A DNA stretch of 64,000 nucleotides, from the NCBI GenBank assembly GCA_963665815.1, contig OY762463.1, forward strand, positions 448,001 through 512,000, read 5' to 3'. Below, one piece after another: positions 48,677-59,132 of the stretch. How positions within the stretch are numbered: the first letter of the stretch is position 1; each line of letters begins with the position of its first letter. The DNA is from Candidatus Cloacimonadales bacterium (GTDB lineage: Bacteria > Cloacimonadota > Cloacimonadia > Cloacimonadales > JAIOQZ01). Under the pieces are notes generated by a model. The model was given only the letters and a program-made list of their open reading frames with translations. It searched no databases and had not been told where the DNA came from. A program made the translations under genes and the position numbers.

Positions 48677-49657
48677 ATGAAAATTCTTATATTCTTTTTT
48701 ATTATGTTATTAGTCCTATTGGGGTGCAGTGATGATAATGGGGCTAATAAACTATCTTCTGTTCGTATCGGTGTGCAGAATAATACTGCTTCAGCCTTGA
48801 TTTTTATTGCTGCTCAAAGAGGTTTCTTTAAAAGCAATGGATTAAAAGCCGAAATTGTTCAATATCCTTCCGGAAAAATCGCACTTCAGAACATGTTAAA
48901 GGGAAATGTCGATATGGCTGTCTCAAGTGATATTCCTGTTACCGTGAACGCAATCAGAAATGAGAATTTCAGAATACTATCAACAATTTCCAAAACAACC
49001 CAGGGAGCCTGGATAATTGCAAGAGCTGATCGGGCCATTGATGAGCCTGCGGATTTATCAGGAAAGACAATTGGCACACAGTCAAATTCTGCAGTCCATT
49101 ACTTTCTATGGCTTTTCGCAGAGAAGTACGGTATTTTTGATGAAATCACTATTAAGTTTATACCTGCTGTTAATCTTGTAGATTCTCTTGAAACGGGTAC
49201 GATAGATGCTTTTTCTATGAGAAATCCCTTTATTAAAGATGCGGAGAATAGATTAAAGGGAAATACAATTGAATTCAAAGAGAGTGACTTATATATTCAA
49301 AATTTCCTTTTGTTAGTCAATAATGAGTTCATGTCAGACAATCAATATACATTGAATAAAGTATTGAAATCTTTGCAGGATGCCGAAAAATTGACCATTA
49401 TCAATCAGGATAATGCCTGTAAAGCTCTTTGCTCTTATTGGGAAGATAAAAGAAACGAAGAAGTTGAAGAAAGCTGGGATAAATATGATTTTGAAATTTC
49501 ATTAAGTCAGCAGCTGATAAATTTGATTGAGGATGAGTTTCAGTTTGCAGAGCATATTGGAGTACCAACCCAAATTGATAACGTGAATATATTTAATTAC
49601 ATTTATATCGAGCCTCTTCAGGATATTGCTCCGTCTAAAGTTTCAGTTTACAGGTAA
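48677..49657 (+). CDS. NMT1/THI5-like (TauA/SsuA) substrate-binding lipoprotein
   Basis: Lipobox LLGC; IFIAAQRGFFKSNGL, SGKIAL, DLSGKTIG. Lies 5 bp before the kinase. Confidence 0.85.
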   Translation: MKILIFFFIMLLVLLGCSDDNGANKLSSVRIGVQNNTASALIFIAAQRGFFKSNGLKAEIVQYPSGKIALQNMLKGNVDMAVSSDIPVTVNAIRNENFRILSTISKTTQGAWIIARADRAIDEPADLSGKTIGTQSNSAVHYFLWLFAEKYGIFDEITIKFIPAVNLVDSLETGTIDAFSMRNPFIKDAENRLKGNTIEFKESDLYIQNFLLLVNNEFMSDNQYTLNKVLKSLQDAEKLTIINQDNACKALCSYWEDKRNEEVEESWDKYDFEISLSQQLINLIEDEFQFAEHIGVPTQIDNVNIFNYIYIEPLQDIAPSKVSVYR

Positions 49658-49662
49658 AGATA

Positions 49663-51507
49663 ATGAGTATTAGAGCGAAGATATCGGTTTTTACGACAAT
49701 TTTTATAATTCTTTTTGTTTCAAGCGTCTTGCTGTTAGTGTCGCTCAACGCCAGAAACTCTGAAATATACAAACAAAGAATATATATTAATGATATTTTA
49801 TACAAAATTTTTGAGATTAATATTTTATCAAAGGATTTATTACTTAAAAATAATGAAAGGTCTATCAAACAATGGGAAGCAAGTTACAAAAATCTCCAGA
49901 AGGCAATTGAGTTAGCTCATTCAATAAGGCTGGATGACTTTTCTCATAATATATTGCATGAAAGAGTAATTGAAAAGAGTGTTGCACTTTATGAGTATTA
50001 CAGGTCATTCAGAAATAATGATTTGAGCAAAGAAATGAAGCTTAGAGTATTAAAAAATATGGATCTTACTTCCTTGGAAATGACAAGTGCCGTTCAGCAA
50101 TGCAAAGATTTGGTCATGAAGAAAGAGAAAAAGGAGCTTAAAGCTTATAATTATGGAATGCTGACCATATTTACATCTAATTTTGCCTTATTGCTCTGGT
50201 TGATAATTTTTTATCTTTTCAATATCGGTAGACCTTTAATCAGCTTGAATAAGGATATAAAAAAAATAAAAGATGGAGATCTGACTCACGTTGCTGAAGT
50301 TCATCACAAAGATGAGATAGGTGCAGTGGCTATGGCTTTCAATGAACTTAAGATACAGCTGGCTGAAGCTTATGCAGTGACTAAAAAACACAATCTTCTC
50401 TTAGAACATGAAATAGGTGACAGAATTGCAGAAATTCAAAAAGCAAGTGCTGATTTATCTACGCAGAAAGAGACATTTGAAATGCTTCTTAACGGTATAG
50501 ATGATGTAATATATGTAGCCGATCCCGAGACATATGAACTGATCTACTTTAATGAAACAGCTGAGAAAACATGGGGTGAAGGACAAATTGGGAAAAAATG
50601 TCACAAAGTTTTGCAAGACAGAGATGAACCATGTCCATTCTGTACTAACTACATTATTTTTGGAGAAAAACTTGGTACAACTCATTACTGGGAATTCAAA
50701 AATGAGGTTAATGAACACTGGTACCGCTGTGCAGATAAAGCAATAAAATGGCTTGATGGTCGCAAGGTAAGATTTGAACTGGCTTCAGATATTAATGAAT
50801 TGAAACAAGCCAGACTTGATTTGGAAGAATCTAATAAAGAGCTTGAACAGTTTGCTTATGTTGCTTCACATGATCTTCAGGAACCTTTAAGGAAGATTAA
50901 CAGTTTCTCAGAGCTTTTTGCAAGAAAATTTTCTGATTTAGTAGACGAGACAGGCGAAAGGTATCTGTTTTACATAACTGATGGTACAAAGCGAATGCAG
51001 AATCTTATTTCAGACTTACTGACTTTATCGCGGATAAATACTCAGGGGTGTGTGTTCAAGAAAGTGGATATATATAAAGTAATGACCCAAATCTCTGAAT
51101 TGTTTAGTGATAAGTTAGATAGGCTGGATGGAAGAATAATCTACAATGAACTTCCTGTGATTTTTGGAGATGAGGGACAGATAACTCAATTATTTCAAAA
51201 CCTCATTGGAAATGCAATAAAGTTCAGAAGGTCCGATGTTAAACCAAAAGTTGAAATTACATTTGAAGCCAATAATAAAGAGTGGATCTTTTATGTAAAA
51301 GATAATGGTATTGGAATTAACAGTGACTATTTTGAAAGAGTATTTGTTATTTTTCAGAGACTTCACAGTAAAGAAAAGTTTTCAGGAACCGGAATTGGTC
51401 TTGCAATTTGCAAGCAGATTGTTAACAGACATGGCGGTAAAATCAGTATTGAGTCTGAGGTAGGGAATGGCTCAACATTCAGATTCAGTATCGCAAAACC
51501 AAAATAA
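49663..51507 (+). CDS. Membrane sensor histidine kinase (TM-periplasmic-TM-HAMP-PAS-HisKA-HATPase)
   Basis: HAMP KDEIG; H-box FAYVASHDLQEPLR; QNLIGNAIKF, DNGIGI, GTGIGLAIC. Confidence 0.95.
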   Translation: MSIRAKISVFTTIFIILFVSSVLLLVSLNARNSEIYKQRIYINDILYKIFEINILSKDLLLKNNERSIKQWEASYKNLQKAIELAHSIRLDDFSHNILHERVIEKSVALYEYYRSFRNNDLSKEMKLRVLKNMDLTSLEMTSAVQQCKDLVMKKEKKELKAYNYGMLTIFTSNFALLLWLIIFYLFNIGRPLISLNKDIKKIKDGDLTHVAEVHHKDEIGAVAMAFNELKIQLAEAYAVTKKHNLLLEHEIGDRIAEIQKASADLSTQKETFEMLLNGIDDVIYVADPETYELIYFNETAEKTWGEGQIGKKCHKVLQDRDEPCPFCTNYIIFGEKLGTTHYWEFKNEVNEHWYRCADKAIKWLDGRKVRFELASDINELKQARLDLEESNKELEQFAYVASHDLQEPLRKINSFSELFARKFSDLVDETGERYLFYITDGTKRMQNLISDLLTLSRINTQGCVFKKVDIYKVMTQISELFSDKLDRLDGRIIYNELPVIFGDEGQITQLFQNLIGNAIKFRRSDVKPKVEITFEANNKEWIFYVKDNGIGINSDYFERVFVIFQRLHSKEKFSGTGIGLAICKQIVNRHGGKISIESEVGNGSTFRFSIAKPK

Positions 51508-51522
51508 AATGGAGGAAAAAAA

Positions 51523-51960
51523 ATGAGCAAACTTGAACTTGAAATTCTTCTGGTTGAAGATGATCCGGCAGATATTGAACTAACTAGAGAAATGCTGATT
51601 GAATCTAAGTTAAAGCTGAATCTCAATGAAGTCCATGATGGGGTTGAAGCCATGGAATATCTCAGAAAAGATGGCAAGTATGAAAATGCACCAACTCCTG
51701 ATTTGATTATGCTGGATTTGAACATGCCGAGAAAGGATGGAAGAGAGACTCTGGAAGAGATAAAATCTGATGAGGAATTCAAGAAAATACCAGTTGTGAT
51801 TCTTACAACATCAGATTCGAACAATGATATAATAAAAAGTTACACTTCTGGGGCAAATTGCTATATTACTAAACCTGTAGGACTGGATCAATTCAGAAAA
51901 GTTGTAGATGCTATTGAGTGTTTCTGGTTTACAATTGTCAAACTTCCTGGGAAATCATAA
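51523..51960 (+). CDS. Single-domain response regulator (Rcp1-like)
   Basis: LLVEDD, PDLIMLDLNMP, VILTTS, GANCYITKP. Confidence 0.93.
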   Translation: MSKLELEILLVEDDPADIELTREMLIESKLKLNLNEVHDGVEAMEYLRKDGKYENAPTPDLIMLDLNMPRKDGRETLEEIKSDEEFKKIPVVILTTSDSNNDIIKSYTSGANCYITKPVGLDQFRKVVDAIECFWFTIVKLPGKS

Positions 51961-51970
51961 TGGGGTAGTA

Positions 51971-53878
51971 ATGAAATACAGATGTATCAAGATTCTTTAT
52001 ATTGAGGATGATCCAACTGAAGTGTTTTTAGTTAAAGAATTGCTGAGGGAGATCGAACATCTTAATTTTGATTTGAAGACGGAGTGTGATTTAAAGAGTG
52101 GACTACAAAGTCTTAAGCATAACAGTTTTGATATAGTTCTTCTTGATATGGGATTACCGGACAGTTCAGGAGAAAACACTGTTCACACCATTGTAGATAA
52201 CTGCTCGGATACGGCAATTATCGTCTTAACAGGTCTTGATGATTTTAAAACTTCGTTGGATATTCTCGATTATGGTGTTCAGGATTATCTTGTCAAAGGG
52301 CAGTACAGTCCGGAACTTTTGTATAAATCAATTGTGTATGCTATTGAAAGAAAGAACTTTGAGAAAAAGCTTCTGGCCAGTAGTGAAAAGACTCTCAAAT
52401 ATCTGAATATCGTTGCTGAAATCGTAATGACAATTGATTTTGAAGGTCATATTATGCAGATTAATAATACCGGATGTAAACTTTTAGGTTATAGTGAAAA
52501 TGAAGTGATTGGTAAGAATTGGTTTAAGGAGTTTATGCGTGAGGAAGACAGATGTGAATTCGTTGACTACATAAAGGCGATATTAGAAACATCTGAGAAT
52601 CAGATTTTCTTTAACGAGAGTACAATAGTTACTGCAGATGGCAAAAACAGAATTATCTCCTGGAGAAACAAATTAATCGTTGATAAAGTAAAAGGGTTCA
52701 GGGGAGTTTTATGCTCAGGTCAGGATGTAACAGAAAAGAAGAGTGTTGAAGAACAATTATATCAGAGTCAAAGACTGGAAAGTATAGGTAGACTGGCTGG
52801 AGGAATTGCTCATGACTTTAATAATCTTTTATCCGTAATATTGGGGTACTCGGAGATCGCAATGCTTAGTCTATCAAAAGAAGACAGACTGTATGAAGAT
52901 ATACACGAAATCAGTGCAGCTGCTGAACGTTCAAAAAAGATTACCAGACAACTTCTAACATTTGCCAGAAAGGATATCAGCTCTCCACGTAAAATTAACG
53001 TGATCGAACATATAAATGGTATGTATAAAATGATAAAATGCCTTATTGGTGAAGATATTGACCTTAATATAAAAGATGATTGTAAGAAATGTAACATTTA
53101 TATTGATCCTTCTCATCTTGATCAAATCATAATGAATTTGAGCGTAAATGCCAGAGACGCAGTTGCTGGAGTGGGGGGAATAACAATTTCTGTACACAAT
53201 ATTGAAGAATGTCGAGGTGCAGAAGGAATTGTAGTACGTGAAAAATTTGTACAGATAAAATTCACAGATAGTGGTTGCGGAATGAGTGAAGATGTTGTTA
53301 ACAAGGTATTCGAGCCTTTCTTCACAACAAAAAAAGTTGGTCAGGGGACAGGATTGGGATTATCGACAGTTTATGGAATTGTGAAACAGAATAGAGGTTT
53401 CATAGAAATTGAGTCAAAAGAACATTATGGTACAACATTCTTGATCTGTTTTCCACAGACAGAAGATGCATCTGAAATAAATGGACATTATGACATAAAA
53501 CATGAATTTCATGTAGATAATGTTAATATTCTCCTCGTTGAGGATGATGAAAAAGTAATTAAAATGGTTCGTAGAATGCTTGAGCTTCTGGGATTCAATA
53601 TCCATGCATGTACATCGCCTAAACAGGCATTAAATGAGGTTTTATCTGGAACAATCAAAGTTGATCTGCTTATTACGGATGTGATTATGCCGGATATTAA
53701 CGGGCGAGATCTGGCATTGCAGATCAGCCAGAGATATCCCGATGTGAAAATTCTTTTCATGTCAGGCTACTCAAAAGATGTAATACTGGAGAGAACTCAC
53801 TTTGCAGAAAATTTGAACTACATACATAAACCATTTACTCAGATAGAACTTGTAGAAAAGCTGAAGTTATTGCTGTAG
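51971..53878 (+). CDS. Hybrid sensor kinase REC-PAS-HisKA-HATPase-REC
   Basis: N-terminal REC; LAGGIAHDFNN, NARDA, FEPFFTTK, GTGLGL; C-terminal REC ITDVIMP. Start at ATG 51971. Confidence 0.94.
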   Translation: MKYRCIKILYIEDDPTEVFLVKELLREIEHLNFDLKTECDLKSGLQSLKHNSFDIVLLDMGLPDSSGENTVHTIVDNCSDTAIIVLTGLDDFKTSLDILDYGVQDYLVKGQYSPELLYKSIVYAIERKNFEKKLLASSEKTLKYLNIVAEIVMTIDFEGHIMQINNTGCKLLGYSENEVIGKNWFKEFMREEDRCEFVDYIKAILETSENQIFFNESTIVTADGKNRIISWRNKLIVDKVKGFRGVLCSGQDVTEKKSVEEQLYQSQRLESIGRLAGGIAHDFNNLLSVILGYSEIAMLSLSKEDRLYEDIHEISAAAERSKKITRQLLTFARKDISSPRKINVIEHINGMYKMIKCLIGEDIDLNIKDDCKKCNIYIDPSHLDQIIMNLSVNARDAVAGVGGITISVHNIEECRGAEGIVVREKFVQIKFTDSGCGMSEDVVNKVFEPFFTTKKVGQGTGLGLSTVYGIVKQNRGFIEIESKEHYGTTFLICFPQTEDASEINGHYDIKHEFHVDNVNILLVEDDEKVIKMVRRMLELLGFNIHACTSPKQALNEVLSGTIKVDLLITDVIMPDINGRDLALQISQRYPDVKILFMSGYSKDVILERTHFAENLNYIHKPFTQIELVEKLKLLL

Positions 53879-54148
53879 AACACAATAAATATTTAACTTA
53901 TAAAATTAGAAGTTCTAATGATAAAACTTAAATATGTATAAGATTTCAAATTATTTATGGATTTCATGTAACATCAATTGATGAACTGCAATCAGAAAAC
54001 ACTATCTGGGCTATTGAGAAGAAAAAGAAGATAATTCAGACGGTTTTTTAGATATTGTATCACTTTGTATCTTTAAGTTCATCAGATAATACTTGACCAT
54101 TATAAATGCGTTATCAGTCTCGCGAAATACAAAATGAAAGGATTGTTG

Positions 54149-56098
54149 ATGAGACTGAGAGATTATATATTTGATGTTATTCCCAAGGGAATTACTTATG
54201 AGAGAGCAAGAAGAGGAATAGGGAAACCTGCAAATCCACTTACAATAACACATTCTGTAACTGCTGCCTGCAGGAGCTTATGTAAAACATGTAACATAGG
54301 TAGAGTGTATCTTGAAAATCCCGATATTGCTAAGAACGATCTTTCTATAGAAGAAGTAGAGAAAGTATTCAAGTCTCTTGGACCGATATATTTCTTTAAT
54401 GTCTCCGGTGGTGAGCCTTTCATGAGAATGGATCTCGCTGAAATTCTCAAACTGGCTTTTATCTATCTAAAGCCTAAGCTGATAAGTATTCCAACTAATT
54501 CCCTTGCTCCTAAATCAATCGAAAAAACTACTCTTAAGATTCTGGAATATATGGATATTTATCTCCCAAAGCATGTACCACTAAGTATAAAACCTTCTAT
54601 TGATGGTGTGGGAGAAGTTCATGATTTTATCAGAGGTATAAAAGGGAATTTTGTTAAACTTGAGGAAACTATAGACAGACTGTTGGCTATCAGGAAAAAA
54701 AATCCAAGGTTACATGTTGATCTGGGTTCGGTACTGTCTAACTACAATATCAATCACATTGATGAACTTGAGGAATGGGTACATAAGCGCGGAATAGAGT
54801 CTTATCGACATGAAATAGCGGAACAGAGAGTGGAGTTTCATAATATTGGTGATCCGATAACTCCTTCAGCAAAAGTATATACTCAATTGACCAGGAAGTT
54901 CTCTGATGAGATAATTAAAAATATAAAAGATAAAGCATTCCATACAAAGATAACAGAGTCTATCAGACTGGCATATTATGATGTTGCCTGCAAGATCCTT
55001 GAATTCAAGAAACAGGTAACTCCCTGCTATGGCGGCACTGCAAATATTCATCTGAATTTCGATGGAGAGATGTGGCCATGTTGTATTCTGGGTGGAGACC
55101 AGTCCATGGGCAATGTAAGAGATTGGAATTATGATGTACAAGCCTTGCTGGGATCTCCTAAAGCTAAGGATGTTATCAAATATATAGCTGATGGTAATTG
55201 TGCCTGTCCGCTCGCCAGTCAATGGCTCAACAATGTTCTACTTACTCCGGAACACATGCTTAATGTCTTCAAATACCTTCTGATCAAGTTTCCCTTCTCA
55301 CAATTTCATAAAACATACTCAGACGGATCAAAAATAATTCCTGAAACTATTGTGCAGTCAAAAGCCGGTAAACTGAGCAAACCGAGAAAACTGACTGATG
55401 CAGACCTCAATACTGATGAAAAAGATTTCACTGAAGCTAAATCTGTTGAAGTAAGTAAACCTTTCAAAGTCTTGAGTGTAAAAGATATCTCAGAGAAGAG
55501 TTATGTTCTGCGTATCGAAAGACATGGTTTGGATTTTATTCCGGGGCAGTACTTCATCATTGGAAGAAAAGGAGCAGACACTGCTCGCGAATATACAGTG
55601 TATTCTTCTGTAAACGATGATTATCTGGAATTCATGATAACTAAGATTAAAGATGGTATTGTTTCCAATGATCTGGCAAACTGTGAAACGGGAGAAGAAT
55701 TGAATGTGGAAGGACCCTTGGGTTATTTCGAGCTGGATAATGATCCTGAATTCAATGGAAAGCATATATTTATTGCAACGGGTTCAGGTATTGCTCCTTT
55801 CAGATCGATAGTCCTGAGTAATCCTGATTTAGACTATGAGATAATCCACGGAGCAAGACATTTGCATGATTGCTATAACAGGGAAGACTACGATTCAAAC
55901 AAATACACTTCCTGTATTACGCGTGAGGATACCGGTGATTTTAAAGGGCGTGTAACAGATTATCTGAAACAGAATCCCGTTGATCCAGAAGATATGTTCT
56001 ATATATGCGGTAACACGGAAATGCTGTATGAAGTTTACGATATACTCATTTCTCAGGGAGTTGTCAGAGAATCAGTGAGAGTGGAAGTATTTTATTAA
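54149..56098 (+). CDS. Radical SAM/SPASM-Twitch protein fused to an FNR-like FAD/NAD(P)-binding reductase
   Basis: CRSLCKTC, SGGEPF, SIDG, PCYGG...WPCC...CACP; then REYT, GIVS, EGPLG, ATGSGIAPF, YICGN and terminal EVFY. AAAGGA precedes ATG 54149; the alternative start is 54134. Confidence 0.9.
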   Translation: MRLRDYIFDVIPKGITYERARRGIGKPANPLTITHSVTAACRSLCKTCNIGRVYLENPDIAKNDLSIEEVEKVFKSLGPIYFFNVSGGEPFMRMDLAEILKLAFIYLKPKLISIPTNSLAPKSIEKTTLKILEYMDIYLPKHVPLSIKPSIDGVGEVHDFIRGIKGNFVKLEETIDRLLAIRKKNPRLHVDLGSVLSNYNINHIDELEEWVHKRGIESYRHEIAEQRVEFHNIGDPITPSAKVYTQLTRKFSDEIIKNIKDKAFHTKITESIRLAYYDVACKILEFKKQVTPCYGGTANIHLNFDGEMWPCCILGGDQSMGNVRDWNYDVQALLGSPKAKDVIKYIADGNCACPLASQWLNNVLLTPEHMLNVFKYLLIKFPFSQFHKTYSDGSKIIPETIVQSKAGKLSKPRKLTDADLNTDEKDFTEAKSVEVSKPFKVLSVKDISEKSYVLRIERHGLDFIPGQYFIIGRKGADTAREYTVYSSVNDDYLEFMITKIKDGIVSNDLANCETGEELNVEGPLGYFELDNDPEFNGKHIFIATGSGIAPFRSIVLSNPDLDYEIIHGARHLHDCYNREDYDSNKYTSCITREDTGDFKGRVTDYLKQNPVDPEDMFYICGNTEMLYEVYDILISQGVVRESVRVEVFY

Positions 56099-56102
56099 AT
56101 GT

Positions 56103-57167
56103 TCATAACTTCTCAATCTCAAACACATAGATTGATCCTGAAATTACCAGTAATCTGTTTGAAGTGCTGTCATAAATTATACTGCATGTTTCATCCGGTA
56201 TATAATCCTGAAATTCGTATTGAAGAATAACATTACCTGAATCATCATAACCTGTAAGAATATTAGTTAGTTCGGATTTTTCTGCCAGCTCTTCCCAGCC
56301 GGTGAGTGACATGGTTACCAGCATGTTCAATTCTTTGATATATTCAATATCCTTATATGCGAATAATCCCCATATTTTCCTGTCGTTTTGGAAGACCTTA
56401 AACTCCGGGACAGGAAGTTTCGTTTTTGCCAATGTTTTAGATACAAACGATTTTTCATAGGTTTTGCTTGAAAACTTGTGAATGGTAAAATCTGGATATT
56501 TTCGAACGAGATAGATGTTTCCTTTATCATCAAATTCTGTAATCAGATTCTTTGAAAGCATATCTGACAAATTGTTGCTATGAGTTTCTTTTATCACAAA
56601 AAGCGTTTCGAATGATTTATCAGTACAATTGTAAATATACCCCATTTGATTTCCAGTCATACCATCATAAGTATTGATCGCAATATCAGAACCGAAGAAA
56701 CTAAGCTTTGAGGGTCTGAATTCAGTTTTAATTGTCTCAATTGATTTAAATTCTTTATTGTAAAGATTGATCCTGTTGTTATTGCCGTCAGAAACATATA
56801 TTTTATTTTTCTGTAACTGCATGTCCATTATGAATGAGATTTCTCCAGGACCTTTTCCGGAAGTAAGGAAGTACTCATCAATTGGTGTCATATTCTTATC
56901 AAGTTTTGACAAATCGAAAGATAAAACAATCTTTTCATAAGCAGAGTAGAGGAAAAGTTTGTTGTTACAGATATAGCCATTTCTGAAGTAAGCATTTTCA
57001 GACTGTCCATCACTGTTATAGCAATCAATTTTTGCTTTTTGTTTCAAATTATAAAGAATATTTTCCCTTGAGACATCAATTTTGACTTTACTGAAGTCAA
57101 ATAAGTCTGTTTCAGCTTGAATAGCAAATACTGATACTATTATTAAGATTAAGATAACAGTTCTCAT
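56103..57167 (-). CDS. Secreted six-bladed beta-propeller protein (NHL-like)
   Basis: Signal peptide; GKGPGEI, IYVSDGNNNRI, FDDKGNIY. Confidence 0.75.
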   Translation of the reverse strand: MRTVILILIIVSVFAIQAETDLFDFSKVKIDVSRENILYNLKQKAKIDCYNSDGQSENAYFRNGYICNNKLFLYSAYEKIVLSFDLSKLDKNMTPIDEYFLTSGKGPGEISFIMDMQLQKNKIYVSDGNNNRINLYNKEFKSIETIKTEFRPSKLSFFGSDIAINTYDGMTGNQMGYIYNCTDKSFETLFVIKETHSNNLSDMLSKNLITEFDDKGNIYLVRKYPDFTIHKFSSKTYEKSFVSKTLAKTKLPVPEFKVFQNDRKIWGLFAYKDIEYIKELNMLVTMSLTGWEELAEKSELTNILTGYDDSGNVILQYEFQDYIPDETCSIIYDSTSNRLLVISGSIYVFEIEKL

Positions 57168-57637
57168 ATACTCCTCCTAAAGAAAAAAAAGCAAATCTTA
57201 TAGTTTAGTCAATTTATATTTTGCAGTGAAGATTGAGCAAGATGAAAGAAAACAAAGATAAGTCGATTAACATGAAATTGCAAATGCTGTCGTTAATGGC
57301 TGAACGGGAAAGAAATTAAGAGATTTCCACTTTAAAATTCAATATTTTTTGGTGGGGTATCCACTCTGTAAGGAATAGCTTTAACGCAGCCTTCTTTTTT
57401 AAAGATTAATCGGTGTATTCACACTTAATGAAAAATCTGTTTAAAACTGCTTTGGAGTTGTCTGGTCAGTACTATTGATTAGTTTTTCATTTTCAGTTTA
57501 CAGAAAATCCTTAAAACACATAATACACAAGCATTAATGATTATCTGCTGTTTAACTTATTTATGTACTTCATTTAATAATAACTCTTGACTATAAGAAG
57601 CCCTGAGAAACCTGTATCCTCAAAAGGAAGAAATACA

Positions 57638-59071
57638 ATGAATAAAGGTACAAAAGATTTAACAAAGGGAAACATTCTTAAGGCTCTGGTCAGTCTGTCT
57701 ATTCCTATTGTAGGAACATCTTTTGTACAGATGGCATATAATCTTATTGATTTGATATGGATTGGAAGACTCGGAAGCAATTCTGTTGCAGCTGTAGGAA
57801 CTGTTGGCTTTTACACCTGGCTCGGTTTTGGTATAATACTAGTTACCAAAGTTGGGGCAGAAGTAGGTGTTTCTCAATCAGCAGGAAGAAAAAATCTTGC
57901 TGAAGAAAAGGAGTTTGCCCGAAATTCTCTGCAGTTTAATATAACAACTTCGTTAATTTATGCAGCAATGATGCTCTTGTTCTCAGGATTACTTGTTTCT
58001 GTATTCAATATCAAAGACAAAACTGTTGTTTCAATGGCAATCAGATATATGAAGATTATTGCATTCGGAATTCCGTTTTTCTTTATAAATCCAATCTTTT
58101 CCGGTATCATGAACGGTAGGGGAGATAGTCGAACTCCATTTCTTATAAATGCCACCGGATTAGTTCTGAATATATTACTGGATCCTTTAATGATCTTCGG
58201 ATATGGAATCGTTCCTGCACTTGGTGTAAGAGGGGCTGCAATAGCAACAGTATTTTCTCAGTTCAGTGTAACAATGATTTTCGTTTATATCTTCTTTGTA
58301 AGAAATAGAGTATACAGAAAATTTACATTGCTCCGAAAACCTGATTTGGGATACTTCAAACGCATTGCTTCTGTTGGAAGTCCAATAGGCCTTCAATCTG
58401 CCATGTTTACTATATTTGCTATGATTATTGCAAGGTTGATTGCAAAATGGGGAGCAGTTCCGATTGCAGCTCAGAAGATCGGATCTCAGATTGAAGCTAT
58501 TTCATGGATGACAGCAAGCGGTTTCTCTTCGGCTATGTCAGCTTTTGTAGGTCAGAATTTCGGGGCAGACAAATGGGATAGAATAAAGCGTGGTTACTGG
58601 ACAGGAATGGGGGCGATTTCCGGATTAGGATTCATTGCAACGATTTTGTTTGTTGTTTTCCCTGAGCCAATTTTCCGCTTTTTTATTCAAGATCCGGAGA
58701 CAATAAAGTGTGGAGCTGTTTACTTGAGAATACTGGGATATTCTCAGATTTTCATGAGTCTTGAAATTGCTTCAACTGGTGCTTATAATGGACTTGGGAA
58801 AACTATTCCACCTTCTGTTATTACAATTGTCTTTACAGGTTTGAGAATTCCAGCTGCCTATATTTTATCGGCTGAAGATATTCTTGGATTGAATGGAATC
58901 TGGTGGTCTATAAGTATGACTACTGTGCTTAAAGGTACATTATTACTGCTATTCTTCAGCGTATATCTGAAACAGCATCCTGAAAAATGTCCAGACCATT
59001 GGATTAAACAGTTCATTTTCCGGCAGGAATGCAAAGCTTTACGAGACAAGAGATCAATCACAGGTAAATAA
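57638..59071 (+). CDS. MATE family efflux transporter
   Basis: YNLIDLIWIGRLG, GRGDSRTP, NILLDPLMI, GVRGAAIAT, VGQNFGA. SD AAAGGA before ATG 57638. Confidence 0.95.
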   Translation: MNKGTKDLTKGNILKALVSLSIPIVGTSFVQMAYNLIDLIWIGRLGSNSVAAVGTVGFYTWLGFGIILVTKVGAEVGVSQSAGRKNLAEEKEFARNSLQFNITTSLIYAAMMLLFSGLLVSVFNIKDKTVVSMAIRYMKIIAFGIPFFFINPIFSGIMNGRGDSRTPFLINATGLVLNILLDPLMIFGYGIVPALGVRGAAIATVFSQFSVTMIFVYIFFVRNRVYRKFTLLRKPDLGYFKRIASVGSPIGLQSAMFTIFAMIIARLIAKWGAVPIAAQKIGSQIEAISWMTASGFSSAMSAFVGQNFGADKWDRIKRGYWTGMGAISGLGFIATILFVVFPEPIFRFFIQDPETIKCGAVYLRILGYSQIFMSLEIASTGAYNGLGKTIPPSVITIVFTGLRIPAAYILSAEDILGLNGIWWSISMTTVLKGTLLLLFFSVYLKQHPEKCPDHWIKQFIFRQECKALRDKRSITGK

Positions 59072-59132
59072 AGAATAATGAAAAGAAAAAGCCCATAAGT
59101 CAGCACCTACAGGCTCTATACAACTCATTATT

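Noticed and set aside
53963-53985. TGTAACATCAAT shared with the inverted repeat near 14770
   Set aside because: A 12-bp AT-rich match between intergenic regions is plausible by chance, and the palindrome spacing differs.
57168-57637. Long intergenic region upstream of the MATE gene as a riboswitch or small ORF
   Set aside because: No riboswitch consensus or convincing stems recognised; only a ~25-codon ORF without support.
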